Below, one piece after another: positions 1 through 16,937 of a stretch of 64,000 nt of DNA. The stretch spans positions 79,546,001 to 79,610,000 of the forward strand of contig CM060731.1 in NCBI GenBank assembly GCA_030704615.1, given 5' to 3'. Position numbers and translations under genes: made by a program. The notes below the pieces were generated by a model that worked only from the letters and a program-made list of their open reading frames with translations, was not told where the DNA came from and ran no database searches. How positions within the stretch are numbered: the stretch's first letter is position 1; each line of letters starts with the position of its first letter. The stretch comes from Takakia lepidozioides. Its lineage: Eukaryota; Plantae; Bryophyta.

Positions 1-489
1 CTCAAGTCTGGACACCTTGCATACACTTGGGAGGCACTAACATTTCTCACATACTGCAGGAGAGAAAAAAATAGATTGAACAACTCCAAAACCCTAAAGT
101 AGGTCAACTACGTCAATCCCTCACTGACAAAAGGCTGAAAAGCCAGTTGACAGGCGATTCTCCAAGGCATTGTTCAATTCAGGGGCCCACATCTGCCCTC
201 AACAGTTAGTGCGAGTTGTGGGCAAACCCATGGACCACCGTCACTTACCCTAATTCTGTCTGCAAGATTCTATGTGGCTAGCACCATTGTGGAATCATGC
301 AGGTGACTTAGGCATAAGCTCAGTCGACAATGCTACTAGAGAGAGCCCCGACATGATCATATGACAAGAATCAACTTGCTTATCCTACAAGCAGTTGACT
401 GCTTGACACTGCAGCCTCAAACCCCCCAGCATTGTCATGGAGCAGCGTCTAATTGGCATCTACTGGTTGAAGAGAATGACACAGGCCTT

Positions 490-1090
490 GAGAACACAAA
501 TGAACGTAACCTTGTTGGGTGTCACCCCTTCCTGTATCATTTGCTCATAGATATCTAAAGCCTCCACACCAAACCCATGCTGAGTATATCATGCGATCGA
601 CATTGCGTTGGGATTGCGCTCCATGATACCACATCTTGCTCAGCCATGTTGTCAAACACATCCCGTGCATCCTTTCAGCTGTCGCATTTGGCATACCTGT
701 TAAAAAGTGCAATTTCTAAAGAGATATATGAGGCAACTCCATTTTTGATGATGTCAGCACGGACCTTTTCCAGGGCTATTATGCTGGCACATGCATTGAG
801 AATGGAAATGAGCGTGACCTTGCTGGGCGTTATGCCGTCCTGTATCATTTGCTCATACATCTCAAAAGCCTCCATCATTGCACTCCATGAGACCACATTT
901 CGTTGAGACGTTTTATCAAAAACTTGTCTGGCATCGTTCAAGCTCCCATACTTGGCATACATATCGACAAAGGCAGTGTCCAGAATGATGTCAGCTCATG
1001 GACCTTTGTACTTTTTTCCAGGGCTCCTAGGCTGGCACAAGCATTGAGAACAGAAATGAATGTAATAATGTTGGGTGTCACACCTCATTA
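490..1090 (-). pseudogene. PLS-type PPR gene fragment (frameshifted, internally deleted)
   Basis: Minus-strand pieces read MYAKYGSLNDARQVFDKTSQRNVVSWSAMM and PSKVTLISILNACASIIALEK, typical S/P/L motifs. They are broken by indels and lack E/DYW domains. Confidence 0.85.
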
Positions 1091-1529
1091 GAAGCACATT
1101 GCTCAGCTTTGCAAGCCAAACAAGTACTTCCCGCAAAATGTCAGTATTCACTGCCCCTGGATCTGCAACACCGTTGACAAAAATGCAACATTAAGCACTC
1201 AATCTGTAGGGAAGCAGATAAAGTTGAGGAGTGGGTCTGAGGAGAAGACCGTGCACGACGGAGATGTGAGAAGAGTCGTCACTTGAGTGCAGCCGACGGT
1301 GAAGCTCATATGAGAAGAGGAGTAAACACATTCCACAACACCCCACCATTACTCATTTGAAAAATAATACAAAGACAAACACCTGCAGTCCTATTGGTCA
1401 TGTACACCTTCATCCCGCACCCACGGAAGTAGCAACAGAGTTTTGGCAGCCTTAGTATGGTGCAGCCTTGCAGCCTCAACCTAAAACACGAGTGACAGTA
1501 CTTCAGGAACAATAGCCAGAAAGAAGGCA

Positions 1530-2220
1530 ACCTACTTTTGGAGCTCTCACAGATTTGCGCAAAAATTTCAGAGCCTCTTTCAGTGTGCCTCATATAGTGT
1601 CCTCACAAGTTCAGAAGCGCCAGAAGAAATCTTGAGAACTTCCTCCCAGGGTCCTCTTTTGGAAGTGGAGATCATTGTGGAGGTGCTTGATTTTATCAAT
1701 TGTGCTGCCACTGCCCCTTCAAGATGACCATCTACCCTTGCAGATTTTTTGTAGCTGTCAATCCTCAGTGGCTCATATGCACTCTGGTGCTTGAAATCAG
1801 GACCTCTCGGATGGATCTGCACCCACGCTTCATCCCTGCTTCTTTCAGCTAACCCTGCCTAGGCAACAGTATGGCCCTGCTGCTAAGAGCTGACAATGAT
1901 AACCATAAAATTTATCTAGCAAACACCCCGACCATACTTACCACACACTAGTTCTGGTGCTGCATTGCTGACAATTTGTGAGAAAGTTTTTTCAATGCGC
2001 CTATTATCCCATTGGCAGTAACATGTGCAAAAAATCCAAACCACCATAGATTCATCCAACGAGGTAACTTAAAAACACAAAGTGAAAAATTGGGAATGAA
2101 TATGATAAGAGGACAAAACAAGACTAAATGGTTGAAGAAGAAAGTGCCCGCACCAGTTGTCCTTGATCTTGTCTCATGAAAGCAGCTAGCTTTTCTTTCA
2201 CCCAAGGAGGATTCAACCAA
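1530..2220 (-). repeat. Non-PPR duplicated module, copy 1 (unknown gene fragment)
   Basis: Shares blocks with 3343-3835, e.g. gctgacaatga(t/c)aacc, cacactagttc, ttggcagta and gaccatctaccc. It also shares a ~75-bp core with 4423-4500. Confidence 0.65.
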
Positions 2221-2289
2221 CTCTCAATCCAAAGGACCTCATGCGTGTGCTGCTTATGTCTATAGTCTGGTGATCCTGGATTGGTCTGT

Positions 2290-3340
2290 GAAAACCAATG
2301 GCTAGCTTCTCACTGTGGTGGCAAAGAGAAAATTCATTTTCCTCCCCCCCCACATCATGCAATACAAAGCGCGTGTCAGGCACATACCCTGCCTCCTTCA
2401 TCTGCCCAGACAATCTTCTCAGCTCAGCATGGATTTCCTTAATTCTGGGATGCAACTTGTCATCTACGACAAACGTGTGCACCTTGTTGCCAACCTCAAT
2501 GCAGCAGCGACCTGGCTCCTTTCTAACCCCTCTGACCGTCATCATTCTTATCACCTTTGTAGTATCATCCCACCTGTCAGCTGCAACATAGATGTTTGAT
2601 AGCAACACATATTGCATCCTGTTCATCCCACTTGAGGATAGATGTTGCCGCACGTTCAGCCATCTCCACATTGCCATGGATTCTGCAGGCACCAAACAAG
2701 GCCTTCCACACCACAACATTTGGATTGATTGGCATTTTATTAATCAGGTCCACTGCCTCATCCAGTTGTCATGCACGTCCAAGAAGGTCCACAATGCAGC
2801 CAAAGTGCTTTACTGTCGGAGTGACACCATGATCTTGATTCAGGGAATCAAAGTAGCGTCTTCCTTCATTGAGTAGGCCAGTGTGGCTGCATGCAGAGAG
2901 AACACATATAAAGGTGATACTGTCCGGCTTCAAGCCGTTCTTTTGCATTCCTTCAAATAGTTGCAGGACCTCCGTATGACAACCATGCTGGGCATATCAT
3001 CGCATTCCATGACACCACATTTCGTTCAGCCATATTGTCAAATATTCCCTTTGTATCCTCAATGCACCCACATTTCGCATACATACCCATCAGGGCAGTG
3101 TCCAGAATGACATGTGGTACAATTCCAGCTTTGATGATTGTCACCATGGACTTCTTTGCCATTTTCCAGGGTTGCCAAGCTTGCACAAGCATTACAAACG
3201 CACACAAACGTGATGTGGTTGCACTTCACCCCTTCCCCCATCATTTGCTCATAGGTTTCCAAGGCCTCCGTCCTGCGCCCTTGCTGTGCAGATCCTGCAA
3301 GCATCGCATTCCACGACACCAAATATCGTTCAGCCATATT
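2290..3340 (-). pseudogene. PLS-E-DYW PPR pseudogene, DYW domain truncated
   Basis: Frameshifted segments read LVSWNAMLAG, DTALMGMYAKCG, YVLLSNIY, KEPGRCCIEV and AGYVPDTRFVLHD..SLCHHSEKLAIGF, after which homology stops. Very similar to the intact gene at 35974-38481. Confidence 0.9.
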
Positions 3341-3342
3341 AG

Positions 3343-3835
3343 TGCTTGAAATCTGGCCCTCTTGGATGAATCTGGACCCACACTCTATCCCTTCTCCTTC
3401 AGCTATCCATGCATCTGCACAAATCATGCATTCATCTTTTCCCTTGCTGCTAGCAGCTGACAATGACAACCTAGGAAACACCCAATCACACTAGTTCCTA
3501 CGATGAATTGCGTCTGCTACTCTCTGTCATCTAACAGGGATTCAACTTTTTTGTTGCCTCGGTTGTCCCACCATTGACTGGGGTCAATAAAGTATTCATT
3601 CCACACCTTCTCTCTGTTAACTGTTTTTGGATACTTTCCTGTTATCACATTGGCAGTATCATGTCAAAGTCACTCCAAACCAGATTCACTCAACCAGCTA
3701 ACTTGCAGAATTCAACATGGAAATTTAGGGCCGACAGGAAAAACAGGGTAAATGTGTTGAAGAAGGTGCCTTCATTAGCAATGCCTTGTTCTATCATTTG
3801 TGCCGCTGCCGCTACTGTTTCCAGTTGACCATCTA
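3343..3835 (-). repeat. Non-PPR duplicated module, copy 2
   Basis: Minus strand gcatggatagctgaaggagaagggatagagtgtgggtccagattcatccaagagggccagatttcaagc is nearly identical to plus strand 4428-4497. Its flank resembles 1880-2150. Confidence 0.7.
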
Positions 3836-4298
3836 CCCAACAATATTTGACAGCCATAAAAGCTAATCCATCAATTGTATTCCACTTGAAAAGACACTAA
3901 ACAACCTTACAACTTAGCACAGACAAGCAAGAACTGTATAGTGGGAAAATAGACTCGTGATCTTGCAAGACCTTGTCCATGTACAAATATCATAGAGTGT
4001 CTACTGCAGCCCCCTGTTCTAAGAGACATTCTCTGCTGCGTGAAATCAGGGACTATCACACAGCGGGATGGATCAACAAATAGGACAATTGTTTGTGCCT
4101 CACAAACAACATGCATTGAAATTCCAGTGTCAACCTGATATAGATGGACCTACAGAGACAATTTGCTGCTTGCTTCATTTGTTGCTGCAAAAAGCAGTCA
4201 AATGACAAGAGATTTTGGTACAACCAGAAAACAAACTCAACAAGTCATCGTAGCCAGGTCATCGTCGTCGTCAATTTCTTTGGAATCTGCCCGGACGG

Positions 4299-4345
4299 CC
4301 CGCGCGAAATAGGCCAATAGAAATCGCCGCGCCAACGTTTTTGGA
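4299..4345. promoter_or_regulatory. Putative E2F sites plus CCAAT box in a CpG-rich patch
   Basis: GCGCGAAA at 4302-4309 (reverse complement TTTCGCGC, fits TTTSSCGS), CCAAT at 4314-4318 and CGCGCCAA at 4328-4335. Confidence 0.4.
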
Positions 4346-4422
4346 ACTGCCCGCAATGCCCGGATTTTGATCTTCTTGAACTGCAGGAGCTCTGCGTTTT
4401 TCGCCATCGTTCACCTTGCAAG

Positions 4423-4500
4423 CACAGGCATGGATAGCTGAAGGAGCAGGGATCGAGTGTGGGTCCAGATTCATCCAAAAGGGCCGGATTTCAAGCTCCA
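4423..4500 (+). repeat. Inverted third copy of the ~75-bp module core
   Basis: gcatggatagctgaaggagcagggatcgagtgtgggtccagattcatccaaaagggccggatttcaagc matches the reverse complement of ~3345-3414 with few mismatches. Confidence 0.8.
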
Positions 4501-5340
4501 GATTACCTATGATTCGAAAAGACAACAAATGGGGAGGAGTTTCTTGCAGACGGAATCGGAAGCTTTCACTCGTGATTGGGTGGGAAAGAAGAAAAGTGCA
4601 GCTTAGATTACACCTTACTTCCTTGTTTCAGACCCGCACAGTGAGTCTCCATGATTGATTTTCCATGAGCACGAAGGGTATGTCAGGTTGTGTCTGGTTG
4701 CAAAAGTCCCACATCTGCTTGAAGCTAAACCCAAGTTTCAAACCTAATCTTACATTGACTCGATTGTAATTGCTGTCTGTCTGCCAGAACCTCCCTATAA
4801 CCAGTGTTCACTGGAAACAATAAATGCAAACTGTGAGACTGACATTCAAAGCTGAAGGTTGCTCTGTTTCCATGTTTCAGCCTTCTTGGCCATTATTTTT
4901 GTAACCATTGTTTTATCAAACGTGGTGATAATGATGCAATTTGGATATAACCATATGTGTTATAGGAATCCATCTGTGTGTTAGTGTCCCTGAGATTTAC
5001 TAGTTGATCGGGATCTGAAGGACCCTTTAGTCCCTCATTCTGTAGTGAGGGAAGTGGTTAAAGTGAAGGGCCTTTATTCAGTAAAAAAACCGTTTAGATA
5101 GGTTGTCTAATTTACCTTGTCATGTTCTGAAGCTTGCATGGTTTGATTCCAGAACCATTCCTCCAAGAAGAAAAGATGACCTTTTGGTATACATCTGTGA
5201 ACAGATTTGATTCCAGAGACAAAGGGTTACAGGGGTTGGACTTTGTCTCAGATGTGAAATTTGCAATCATTTGTAGCAATTTTGGATGCTGCTTGAATGC
5301 TAGTTATGGGACTGAGGTGAGTGGGCGGGCTGGTGATCAG

Positions 5341-5424
5341 AAGCACAAATTGTCGGACATGCTTGGACCTCCCTGGAACAAAGAGGACCTGGAGCTCTTC
5401 TATCAAGCATTTCGGAAATATGGC
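5341..5424 (+). pseudogene. ALY: ALWAYS EARLY (LIN-9 homolog) N-terminal SANT exon fragment
   Basis: After a CAG acceptor the sequence reads [28 protein letters not shown], resembling plant ALY '[25 protein letters not shown]'. Homology then ends and no further ALY exons were seen. Confidence 0.75.
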
Positions 5425-6147
5425 AGCTACACTAAACTAGCTTCCGACCTTCAGTCGTCGCTAGAATACATACAAAGGACCCTAATTTAAAAAAAAATTG
5501 GTTGACTTCAAATTTTTACAATAGTTGGAACTTGGCTAAAATACCATTCCACATTTTTATATTAGAGGGTGGAGTGGTGAGCGTGCTATACCGACTGTTT
5601 GGGACTTGGGACTTTCAGCTGCTGATTGTATTGTAGGTGCAGATTGGTAAGCCCGCAGAGAGCATGCCTCCTGTGCAACTGGGGAGAAGCTGGGTTTTCC
5701 TGGGAAACGAGTTTGTCTTGGGTAGTATGGAGTGCAGCAGCAGTAGAGCTGCCAGCTAGCGGCTGTTAGTGGGGATGGCAGAATTTGCTCATAAAGGTTC
5801 AGTGAATGTCCATGACTGTGATGGTAGTGACCCAAGAGAGCATGGAGGCAATATGAATTGGGAAGGTTTTGGCAGTAGTGTCTTTCAGGATTTTATCGGG
5901 ATGAAAGTCCATGGATCCCTGGAGAGAGCTGACTCCCCTCTAACCAATTGATTAGTTTCACAACATCGAATTTCATCAAATACACAGAATAAATTGTTCC
6001 TTTCCCAAGTAATAAACTGCTAGAACAAACTCTTGAAGCTCCCTGGGTATAAAACGTCCTGATCTTCCAATCTTGTATGCTTAACTCTGCATACTCAACT
6101 TGACACAATGCTAAACAAACTGGAAGACACTGCTAAGCAAATAGGAA

Positions 6148-11067
<4,920 letters not shown>

Positions 11068-11599
11068 CTTGTCTCTGATGCTCTTGTCTCACCCCTGTGG
11101 CTTGCGGCATGGGGCCTGCACCCGCTCTAGGCTGCACTGGCTATGGCTGCATCACGCCGAAAACACGTGGAGGCACGCTCCCTGCGTCGTCCCTCCCACT
11201 TGAGCGCACGCCATCGCCAACCTTCTCTCTTCTCTCTCTCTCCCACCGTCGCGGTCGTGAGCACCACGTTCCATTAGGTCATACAGCCTTCGCCCGCCCA
11301 TCCTACCCTGCGAAACCTCGGGTCCCTTAGGTGGCGATTTGGTATAGGAGAAGGGTCTCTTTTGAGGCCCTTCTCCAGTGTAAAGAACCATGATATTTTG
11401 AGTACCTTCCAGCCCCCGTAAGGTATTTTGCCAGCGTGGCAAGGACCTTACGGGGGCTGGAAAGTACAGTGCAATCTTCTGCCCTATAGACAACCTAAAA
11501 ATGAACTAAGAAAAATATCACGGTTCTTTACGTATTTGTATAGGCTATGCATGTAGCCTAGATATTAGCTACTGGACGTATTGTAATTTGTATTTGTAT

Positions 11600-11965
11600 T
11601 TTATTTTTTTGTTAATTGGAAGGGCAATAATAGCCCCATATTTATTTATAGGAAGCAAGGAAAAAAAAGCCTTGCATAGGAGCCATGGAGGCAAACAAAA
11701 GAGACATTGCTATGTGACCAACTAAGAGAGACCTACAGAGAAATGGAGTCAGATAGGAACTAGAAACTACCGTGTTTCCTTTTTGGTTTCTCGAAGGAGA
11801 GATGACCTTAGACTTTCCCTTTCTAAAGGTGCGACAATGTCCCCAATTGACTTCCCCATCTACCGGTGAGATCTGAGCACTAAAGGAGCTGCCAACACGT
11901 GGGGGAGCCAAGAAATCCTTGTGTGGATGAACCTTGTGCAGAGTAGCCCACAGTGTCCCCAAGAG
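11600..11965 (-). mobile_element. 5'-truncated LINE 3' end (family with 'H.R..RKGKSK' motif)
   Basis: Reads WGHCRTFRKGKSKV, homologous to 12560-12620 (+) and 15935-15985 (-). An A-rich tail lies near 11600-11610. Confidence 0.55.
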
Positions 11966-12129
11966 AAGTCGAAATCTAAGAGCATGTATGCTACTTTTTA
12001 GTTTGTTGAGACATACAAAAAGTATAATTGAGCAACAAATGCATGGAATTCATGCAAGCCCTACCTTGTTGTATTAGTAGGTAATTGGTTGTAAAGTGAT
12101 CCCAAATTCTACATACTAATCTAGGCTCT

Positions 12130-12865
12130 TTCATAATATTTCTCCCTCAGTGTGGAACCCTCTGCCTACTGATGTTTCATCTATTGTGCTTCTGAATTTT
12201 GCAGCGGTATCTTTATGGTCACTCTCAGAGCCCACACTCTTTGGAAATATCTGGAAAGCCTGATGTGCTTTTATCTTTGCCGGTAAAGTGATTTGTGCTA
12301 GGTCGATTTTATTAAGACTCACTCAGACATTATGTCTAAGGCTCGTAAAGCTTGGCGGGTTCCGGGGGAAGCTCTTTATAGATGTAGCCAGAGAAGAAGA
12401 TCTCAGCTTTTGGCTGAATTTGACAACTCTTGGGGCAAGAATGCTCGAATCTCAGTTCCAAAGAATCGGATACAAGAATTCACTGGTACAACAACATCCT
12501 AGCAAGCTTATAGCTCCCATACAAAATGTTCTCCTCTTGAGGGCAAAGAACCGGAGGTTAACTGGGCACCGCAGATCTTTTAGGAAAGGGAAATCAAAAG
12601 CCCAGCTTCCCTTTGATAGCTTCAATAGGAAAGAAGATCTATTTTTAGGGTTATAGTTGTTGAGCTTCTCCTTCTTGTCTTCACTCTCTTCTCATACTTC
12701 TGTTCGATGTGGGTACGAAATAGTGACTTCCCTTATCAAGCCTCTATGGCACACTTTCTGAGGTTATTTTTTCTTCATTGTTCTCTTGGGACGACCTAGT
12801 CCTCTTTTTTATAAAATTTAAGGGTGTCCACTCTCTTTCTTTAAAAAAATAAAAAAATAAAAATC
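12130..12865 (+). mobile_element. 5'-truncated L1-like LINE 3' end
   Basis: Reads GNIWKA*CAFIF (plant L1 C-terminal WxIWxxRxxxIF-like) and GHRRSFRKGKSKAQL. It ends in an A-rich tail at 12843-12863. Confidence 0.6.
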
Positions 12866-13829
12866 CAGATGGCACCATTGTATAGAAAGTCTCGTGTTGC
12901 ATGAAACCCTAAATTTGCACCATTACTGAACAATATATCTCTTAATCAGATGAATCACATCATGTTTACACATTTCATCTATATATGGATAGAATATTTT
13001 ATCTATACATGTATTGATTCGATTTTAGAATCAATAACACCCTCCAACCTGGGACTCTCTTCGCAGTCTTGCATTTGTACTTATGTATAGTGTAATGCCC
13101 TGAGTGGAGGGCATTCCCGGATTTGAGGGCGGTAGCCTGAGGGATTCCGGATTCCGGGAATGCCCAATACGAGGGGCATTACCCTGCATAAAGCACGTGC
13201 AACAAAAAAAAGGTAAGGCGGGCATTACACCGGAGTGTAATGCCCTGCCCTGGCCAAGCGATGAATTCTGCTTTTTAAAGCATGATAAATACAAAGAGAA
13301 AAAACTCAAAGTGCTTTATGAACGAAACTATGTGTACGGGAATGTAAATGAGAACCGAAAATTTCATCGTATACATGTCCATCGTTGAATGGCTCCGTGA
13401 ATATCTCTCAAACCTAGAGACTCTTGAACCCTTTGCGTAGTCCGGCAAGGCCAACAAAGGTGTACATTACATTACACGAGGGCCAGGCTATTAAATATCA
13501 TGCATAATAAATGTTATCAGAAACTCTTAAATCAATAATGCTAAGTTCTCTATTGAAAGTTTCAAATCCCTACAAATGCTTTGGTTACTTCAACCATATA
13601 TGAAATATTTATTATATAAGCTACACATTAAACATCCTTTATGTGTTGATCGAGTATATATTTTTACAACAATATTAGTACATATATGTGATTCATCTGA
13701 CTTGGAATCAAAATTAAAAAATACATTTAGAGAAATATTTATAATATGCATTATCATTTTTTCTAATAAGAACCTTTATTTGAGCATCCTTCAAGTTTGA
13801 TGCAACCAAATTATCTCCAATACCAAAAT

Positions 13830-13915
13830 TGGCACCAAGAATTCACCAAAATCTTCACCAAATTTTCACCAAAATATCACCAAAAGTTTCATTAAAACTG
13901 CACCAAAATTTCACC
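13830..13915. repeat. ~11-bp tandem repeat (ttcaccaaaat)n
   Basis: About 7 degenerate copies of tcaccaaaa are visible directly. Confidence 0.8.
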
Positions 13916-15602
13916 GCTCATGATGCCCACATTCACTGATTAGGGGATCTTGTGCAAGGTTATGAAATGCTCTGCTCTTAAATGTGGTTAGGAATGAAAA
14001 ACTTGGCTTCATATTAGTCGATGCATCGATTTGAGCATCGTGTATGACATCTCTACTACAACATCTATTTGGGTAATTCATCTCTCACAAACAACTGGTA
14101 CTCTAGTAATACTGCTGCTGCAAAAAGGTCGATGAGACAATGAGGTGCCAAGAATTATCGACAAGAAAAGGATGTTCCACATTACTGACCTCAACAAGGC
14201 ATCACTAGGTTGTTTTCGGAGCCTGGTGACCAAGCGCTCCTTCAAGGAGAACGTGAATGGGCTTTTTATTTACCATTTTGCTTGACTCTTCCCATCTTTC
14301 TTCTTCCAATCTCAATGTAACCATAATTAAAACAGATCTTCAAGTTCGAAACCATGAGGAGGAGAGCATTTTCTGTATAAGCAAGAAATCCCAGAAGGAG
14401 AAGAAATGTCCAAAAACGTTACTCCACAAGACTGAAATTTAACTGACTGTCACATTGTTATAATGTAGTACAATGGGTGCACTAGGATTCAGTCCAAACT
14501 ACGCCTGTTAATCTTTACCCAAAATCAGGTCTATGTAGATTGCTGAGTCTGCCATAGCTTGAGTACAAGAGAAAATAGGGTAGTGTCATTGTAGGGAGGA
14601 TACAAAGATGAGAGAAGTTGCTCGAAGTCTATGTTTTGGAATCTCTCCCACTAAGGAACATATACTGCACATCAATAAACTGAACTCAAATGCCAAACAA
14701 AACTATGCTGAGCCAAACTCGCACAAACAAGAATTCAGAAATAAAAGAAGTTATTGTTCACCTTGTTGGAAGCAGAACCCAAAATAACACCACTTATTAG
14801 TTCAAAGCCAGGAGGAGACGTTAGGGTTTGTGGCGTTACCAATTTTGGATCCTGAGTGACGTCTTGAGCTCCAAATCCAAGCGACAATCCATCTCGTTCC
14901 AGGTGCTCAGAAGAAGGTACTCAAGCTCACGTATATTATATAGGTTCATAATGTTTCTAATGCCACGAACAAAAATAGATCATGTTAATGGCCCAAAGCA
15001 TAATTTTATGGATATCTTGCAAAATTTTGGATTGAGCCCGAAACCTCCTAAAGTCTAAAATGAACTACCTATCTGAAATCCAAACCTGTCTAGCTTTAAG
15101 TTAGTTGTACTACTTCTAATCTTAAAGTCCAAGCTACTTTTAGCCTTAAGGTATTTGTAGACCCAAACAAATGCGAAGTCCTTGCCTTAAGGCATGACCC
15201 AGTAAACCAGGATGGGAAGACATTGATAAAAGATTTGTATTTTCTTAATGCTGCACGCTAGACAGAGTACAAAAGCTCATCCAGAGGAAGATGAATGTGA
15301 TGCAATGCTACTCAAATAATTATGGTCCGAAACAGAAGCTCTGCTATCTATGAAGATGCTAGCCTTGCTTCGGAAACCTGCACGTCCCTCGTGGAGGACC
15401 TATGCTAGTGGAGATGCTAGATGGAAGGACGTTGGACAACCTCCGCGTAAACTGGTAAGCGAAAAGACTGCGGAGGACTGGGAAGAAATTTGCCTCGAAA
15501 AAAGACAATGACTTGTATGTCCTCCTATCCTATTTGCTCTCATTGAAATTTCTGATCCTCATAATGGAAGACTTCTATGAGGATAGTTGAGTCTCCCACG
15601 GG

Positions 15603-16010
15603 TTTTTTTTTTTTTTTAGACAGGGACAGTGGCCCTGGTTAATTTATTAAATGGTAAGAAAAAAATAACCTTACAATAGCCATGAAGGCAGAGGAGGATT
15701 GAGGTTCCACTCCGAGCCTATCAAACTATCAGACATGGGGGGGAAAGGTGGAAGATGGAAGGAGCCAACAACCTCAAGATGCAAAAACTGTATCACTACT
15801 AAGCAATAATACAACCTACAACCTACCAAGAGAAGGTTGAGTAGAGAAAGGAAGTAATGAGAGAAAAGAGAGTGAGTAGCACTAATTCCACAGCACTACA
15901 TACTACTTCTCTTCCTTTTGGGAGCATGGAAGGACAACTGAGCCTTTGATTTCCCTTTCCTAAGGCTACGCCTATGCCTCCAGGTCACCTCTGCTTCTGC
16001 CTCACGGTGC
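15603..16010 (-). mobile_element. 5'-truncated LINE 3' end with poly(A) tail
   Basis: Poly-T at 15603-15617. Minus strand gcataggcgtagccttaggaaagggaaatcaaaggctcag matches 12565-12606. The tail motif cagggacagtggccctg recurs at 16300. Confidence 0.6.
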
Positions 16011-16937
16011 TTCTGCCTCACGGATCTCATCGTAAAGAGAGCATGAAAAGAAGAAGTGAAAAAAAAACAGAGAAAGAGAGAATGAAGATACTATTTTTGG
16101 GCAATTTCTGCATTAAATGATTGAAAAGAACAAGAAGGGTCCATCATGACCTCACCTCCACCATCAGGACTTGGGTCACATGTCACCGGCTTGCATGGAT
16201 TACATGCATTTGTTTGTTCTTGGTATTTTGTTTTTATTTTTATTGTTTTTTATTGTTTTTAAATATATATATATATATATATATTTTGGATCAACAGGCC
16301 AGGGACAGTGGCCCTGACAGTGAGAACTTTTATTGAAGAATATTGTTTTTTAGACTCATTATTATTATTAGGGCTGGTCACGGGTGGCGCATAAGCCACG
16401 ATTGTACGGCACCTCATTTTCATCCACGTGTCAACCGTGCGGCTACGCGGTTCGCCGCGCGGTCGGGCCGCGGACCGGTGCGACCGATGACCATTGGATA
16501 TGTCTACAGTCCAACGGGAGTACCGTTTCAACCGATGCGGCGCGCCTTTGTTCAATGGTTAAACGCTCTTTCATTCTTCTCCCTCGTTCCGCGTGGGGCA
16601 ATCTCGGGAGTGCGACCGATCGAGCAGGGAGTAGGGAAGGCAGCCTTTTACAAGTGGGGATCCTCCTTGCAAGTCACGATTTGGAACCCACAGAGAGGGA
16701 GAGGAGGGGAACCGGGGGTAAGTAGATGGTAGAGCGGGACTGCGTTTAGTCATTTGAGAGCGAAATGGGTGGAAGAGCAAGAGGGATATAAGATTTCAGA
16801 AATCAGAGGAGGGCTTGTTTTTTTGGATCCCTGGCAGAGCGACGGGGGAACAGAGAGGATGTTTGGAGTGGTGATGGCAGCGGGGGGACGTGTGTATTTT
16901 TGCTGCCTGAGGTGAACTGTGTTCTCCAATCAAAATA

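Noticed and set aside
13080-13480. Nested gtgtaatgccc/gggcattacac inverted motifs as a defined MITE
   Set aside because: Probably transposon-derived, but termini and a TSD could not be fixed by eye.
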